DNA of 26,115 nt, from IMG/VR virus record IMGVR_UViG_3300024255_000134, positions 1 to 26,115 of that record. One strand, given 5' to 3'. This DNA comes from a virus (taxonomy: Duplodnaviria; Caudoviricetes). The translations under genes were made by a program, and so were the position numbers. The notes beneath the pieces were generated by a model, which was given only the letters and a program-made list of their open reading frames with translations, searched no databases and was not told the DNA's origin. This document shows positions 24,120 to 26,115 of the stretch, one piece after another (within the stretch, counting starts at the first letter, position 1; each line of letters begins with the position of its first letter).

Positions 24120-26115
24120 ATGACAGCAGGAAGACTCGCCGCTGCAAAACCAGGGGCAACAACTAACACAGAACTCTATAAAGTAGATATTGAAAGTACA
24201 GCATCTACGGTGATGACTGTTGCTAACCAAAGTGGTAGCGCAGTCACATATCGCGCTGCCGTGAGAGACTACGATCAGATTCTCACAGTGGATGGTAACG
24301 AACCATCTAATTATGAATTTGAGAAAGGTAATCCTATCAGTGGGTACAAACTAAAAATTACTCCTGGCATTACTTTTTCAGAAGCAATTCCTGCCACTGA
24401 TATTGTAAGTATTAATGGTGGTATCGCCAAACTCCTTGATGTATTTAAGGACACATCGGTTGTCAATCGATATGTCCAGGTAGATAAAGTATATCCAGTT
24501 GAAACTATTTCCGATAATCTCATCGGTATTCTTCAAGTTGGTGAAACTATCACTGGTGCAGTTTCTGGCGTTACTGGTGTTCTTCGTGGATATGATGAAA
24601 CGCTTGGGACAATGTATCTGTCCAGCACAGATGTTAGTAATAGTGCAACTACTGTTAATGTTTCTCGTAATACGGGACTTGCAGATGCCACTCTGTTGGC
24701 AATCTCAACTGATCCTGCCGCCGCAGGAACTGAAATTGCTCAAATCGATGCCTCTGGCATTAATACAACAACTAATGTACTGACCATCACTCGTGGTGTG
24801 TATGGCACTAGTGCTAGTGCTATCCCTGCTGGTGCATATGTAAAGACATTTATTGATTCTGCAACTACCACCACTATTAGTGAAGGTGGCACATATGCTG
24901 CAAGTGACTTAACACTTACTGTAACTGATGCTACTGGTTTTCTGGAAGGAGCATTCATGCGGATTGATAATGAAATCCTTCAAATTGATGCTGTTGCTGG
25001 TAATGATTTAACAGTTCAGCGTGGACGTTATGGTACATCTGATGTAAACCATAATGATGGTGCTACAATCACTCAACTGACGGACTCTGGTGATTATTAT
25101 CTGAACTTCTTTACCGAGGGCGAAGGTGTTGCGGGTGGTTTATCTTCTGCAACTACGAATCTTAACTTTTCCCAAGGTACGGCAAACATTGACAATGTTG
25201 ATAAGTTTATTATTGCTGAGGATTTGATTGGTAATCCATATCGTTTCCCACTTTCGGGGGATGCAGTGTCTATTATTGATGCTGAAAGAACTTATAGATA
25301 TGATCAATCAGATGCATCTAATACTGGACATCCATTTAGATTGTCACAAGAATTTGATGGAACACAAGGTGTAACTGGTGTTGAATACACCACAGGTGTT
25401 ACTAAGGGTGGTACTGCTGGTACTGATGGTTTCCTAACCATTGAAGTAACTGCTGCTACTGCACTAACCCTTAATACATATGCAGAACCTGCTGTTGCTA
25501 ACACCGAAGATAGTAATGCTGGATTTGGATCATCTATTGGAACTGTGCTAACTCCGAGTTATAATGAGATTTATATCTACCAATTGCGTGGTGGAGCATG
25601 GAAAGCAGCAGATCAGTTTATTATTGGTGGTACTACTTACACTGTTCAAGCAAATGGTGTTACACCTGGTCCATGGGGATTTGTACATGACTTTGATAAA
25701 GCACGTAATACATTGAAGATTTCTCTTGATGGTGCTTCACCAGCATTTGCTGTTGGCGATCTGTTTTATGATACTCCAACTACTACTGATGCAAACCGTC
25801 AGATGATTGAAGTTGTGACTGGTAAAGCACTTGATGTTGATACAGTTTCTGCTGCTGATGCATCACGTACAGCAGGTACTTATGAGAATCTATCACCATC
25901 GGGTGGTAGTGGAACTGGTTTGAAAGTAACAGTTGTTGTTGCTCCTTCTACTGGTGCTGCTACTGTTACTATGACTAATGGTGGTAAAAATTATGTAGAT
26001 GGCGAAGTTCTCACTGTTACTGACGCATTGTTGGCAGGTGGTGGTGCAGCAAACCTTACCTTCGCTGTTGATGGAATTGGTACTGGCGATAAAGCAGGCG
26101 CAACTGCAACTACAT
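24120..26115 (+). CDS. Large virion structural protein, truncated at the window end (not in ORF track)
   Basis: ATG 24120, MTAGRLAAAKPGATTNTELY...; Thr/Gly/Ala-rich. I translated the frame stop-free through about 25510, and its absence from the track is consistent with no stop before the end. Confidence 0.85.
   Translation, partial: MTAGRLAAAKPGATTNTELYKVDIESTASTVMTVANQSGSAVTYRAAVRDYDQILTVDGNEPSNYEFEKGNPISGYKLKITPGITFSEAIPATDIVSINGGIAKLLDVFKDTSVVNRYVQVDKVYPVETISDNLIGILQVGETITGAVSGVTGVLRGYDETLGTMYLSSTDVSNSATTVNVSRNTGLADATLLAISTDPAAAGTEIAQIDASGINTTTNVLTITRGVYGTSASAIPAGAYVKTFIDSATTTTISEGGTYAASDLTLTVTDATGFLEGAFMRIDNEILQIDAVAGNDLTVQRGRYGTSDVNHNDGATITQLTDSGDYYLNFFTEGEGVAGGLSSATTNLNFSQGTANIDNVDKFIIAEDLIGNPYRFPLSGDAVSIIDAERTYRYDQSDASNTGHPFRLSQEFDGTQGVTGVEYTTGVTKGGTAGTDGFLTIEVTAATALTLNTYAEPAVANTEDSNAGFGSSIGTVLTPSYNEIYIYQLRGGAWKAADQFIIGGTTYTVQANGVTPGPWGFVHDFDKARNTLKISLDGASPAFAVGDLFYDTPTTTDANRQMIEVVTGKALDVDTVSAADASRTAGTYENLSPSGGSGTGLKVTVVVAPSTGAATVTMTNGGKNYVDGEVLTVTDALLAGGGAANLTFAVDGIGTGDKAGATATT

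Overview
This window is part of a T4-like cyanomyovirus (Synechococcus/Prochlorococcus-type phage) genome. It begins with a replication/transcription block (phoH 3' part, PD-(D/E)XK exonuclease, gp33, DUF1825-like protein, gp32 SSB). An accessory run of tightly overlapping small ORFs follows (His-rich secreted peptide, zinc-finger minipeptide, purS, atypical glutaredoxin). Next is the baseplate/tail cluster: gp53 and gp48 on the minus strand, then gp4, gp2, gp54-like, gp26, gp51, two paralogous ~1060-aa tape-measure-like proteins carrying three different peptidoglycan hydrolase domains, a gp27-like hub and gp5. An auxiliary metabolic cassette (cp12, 2OG-Fe(II) oxygenase, cpeT) interrupts this cluster. 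The window ends with a lone Phd/YefM-like gene, tRNA-Thr(UGU) and two late structural genes, the last running off the end. The most notable unannotated signals are a correctly phased T_TTT_TTC -1 frameshift site that would fuse gp26 to gp51 just upstream of the tape-measure-like genes, a structured gp32 leader, and divergent gp48/gp4 genes with overlapping start codons and mutually embedded late promoters. All family assignments come from motif recognition and gene order; no database search was run.
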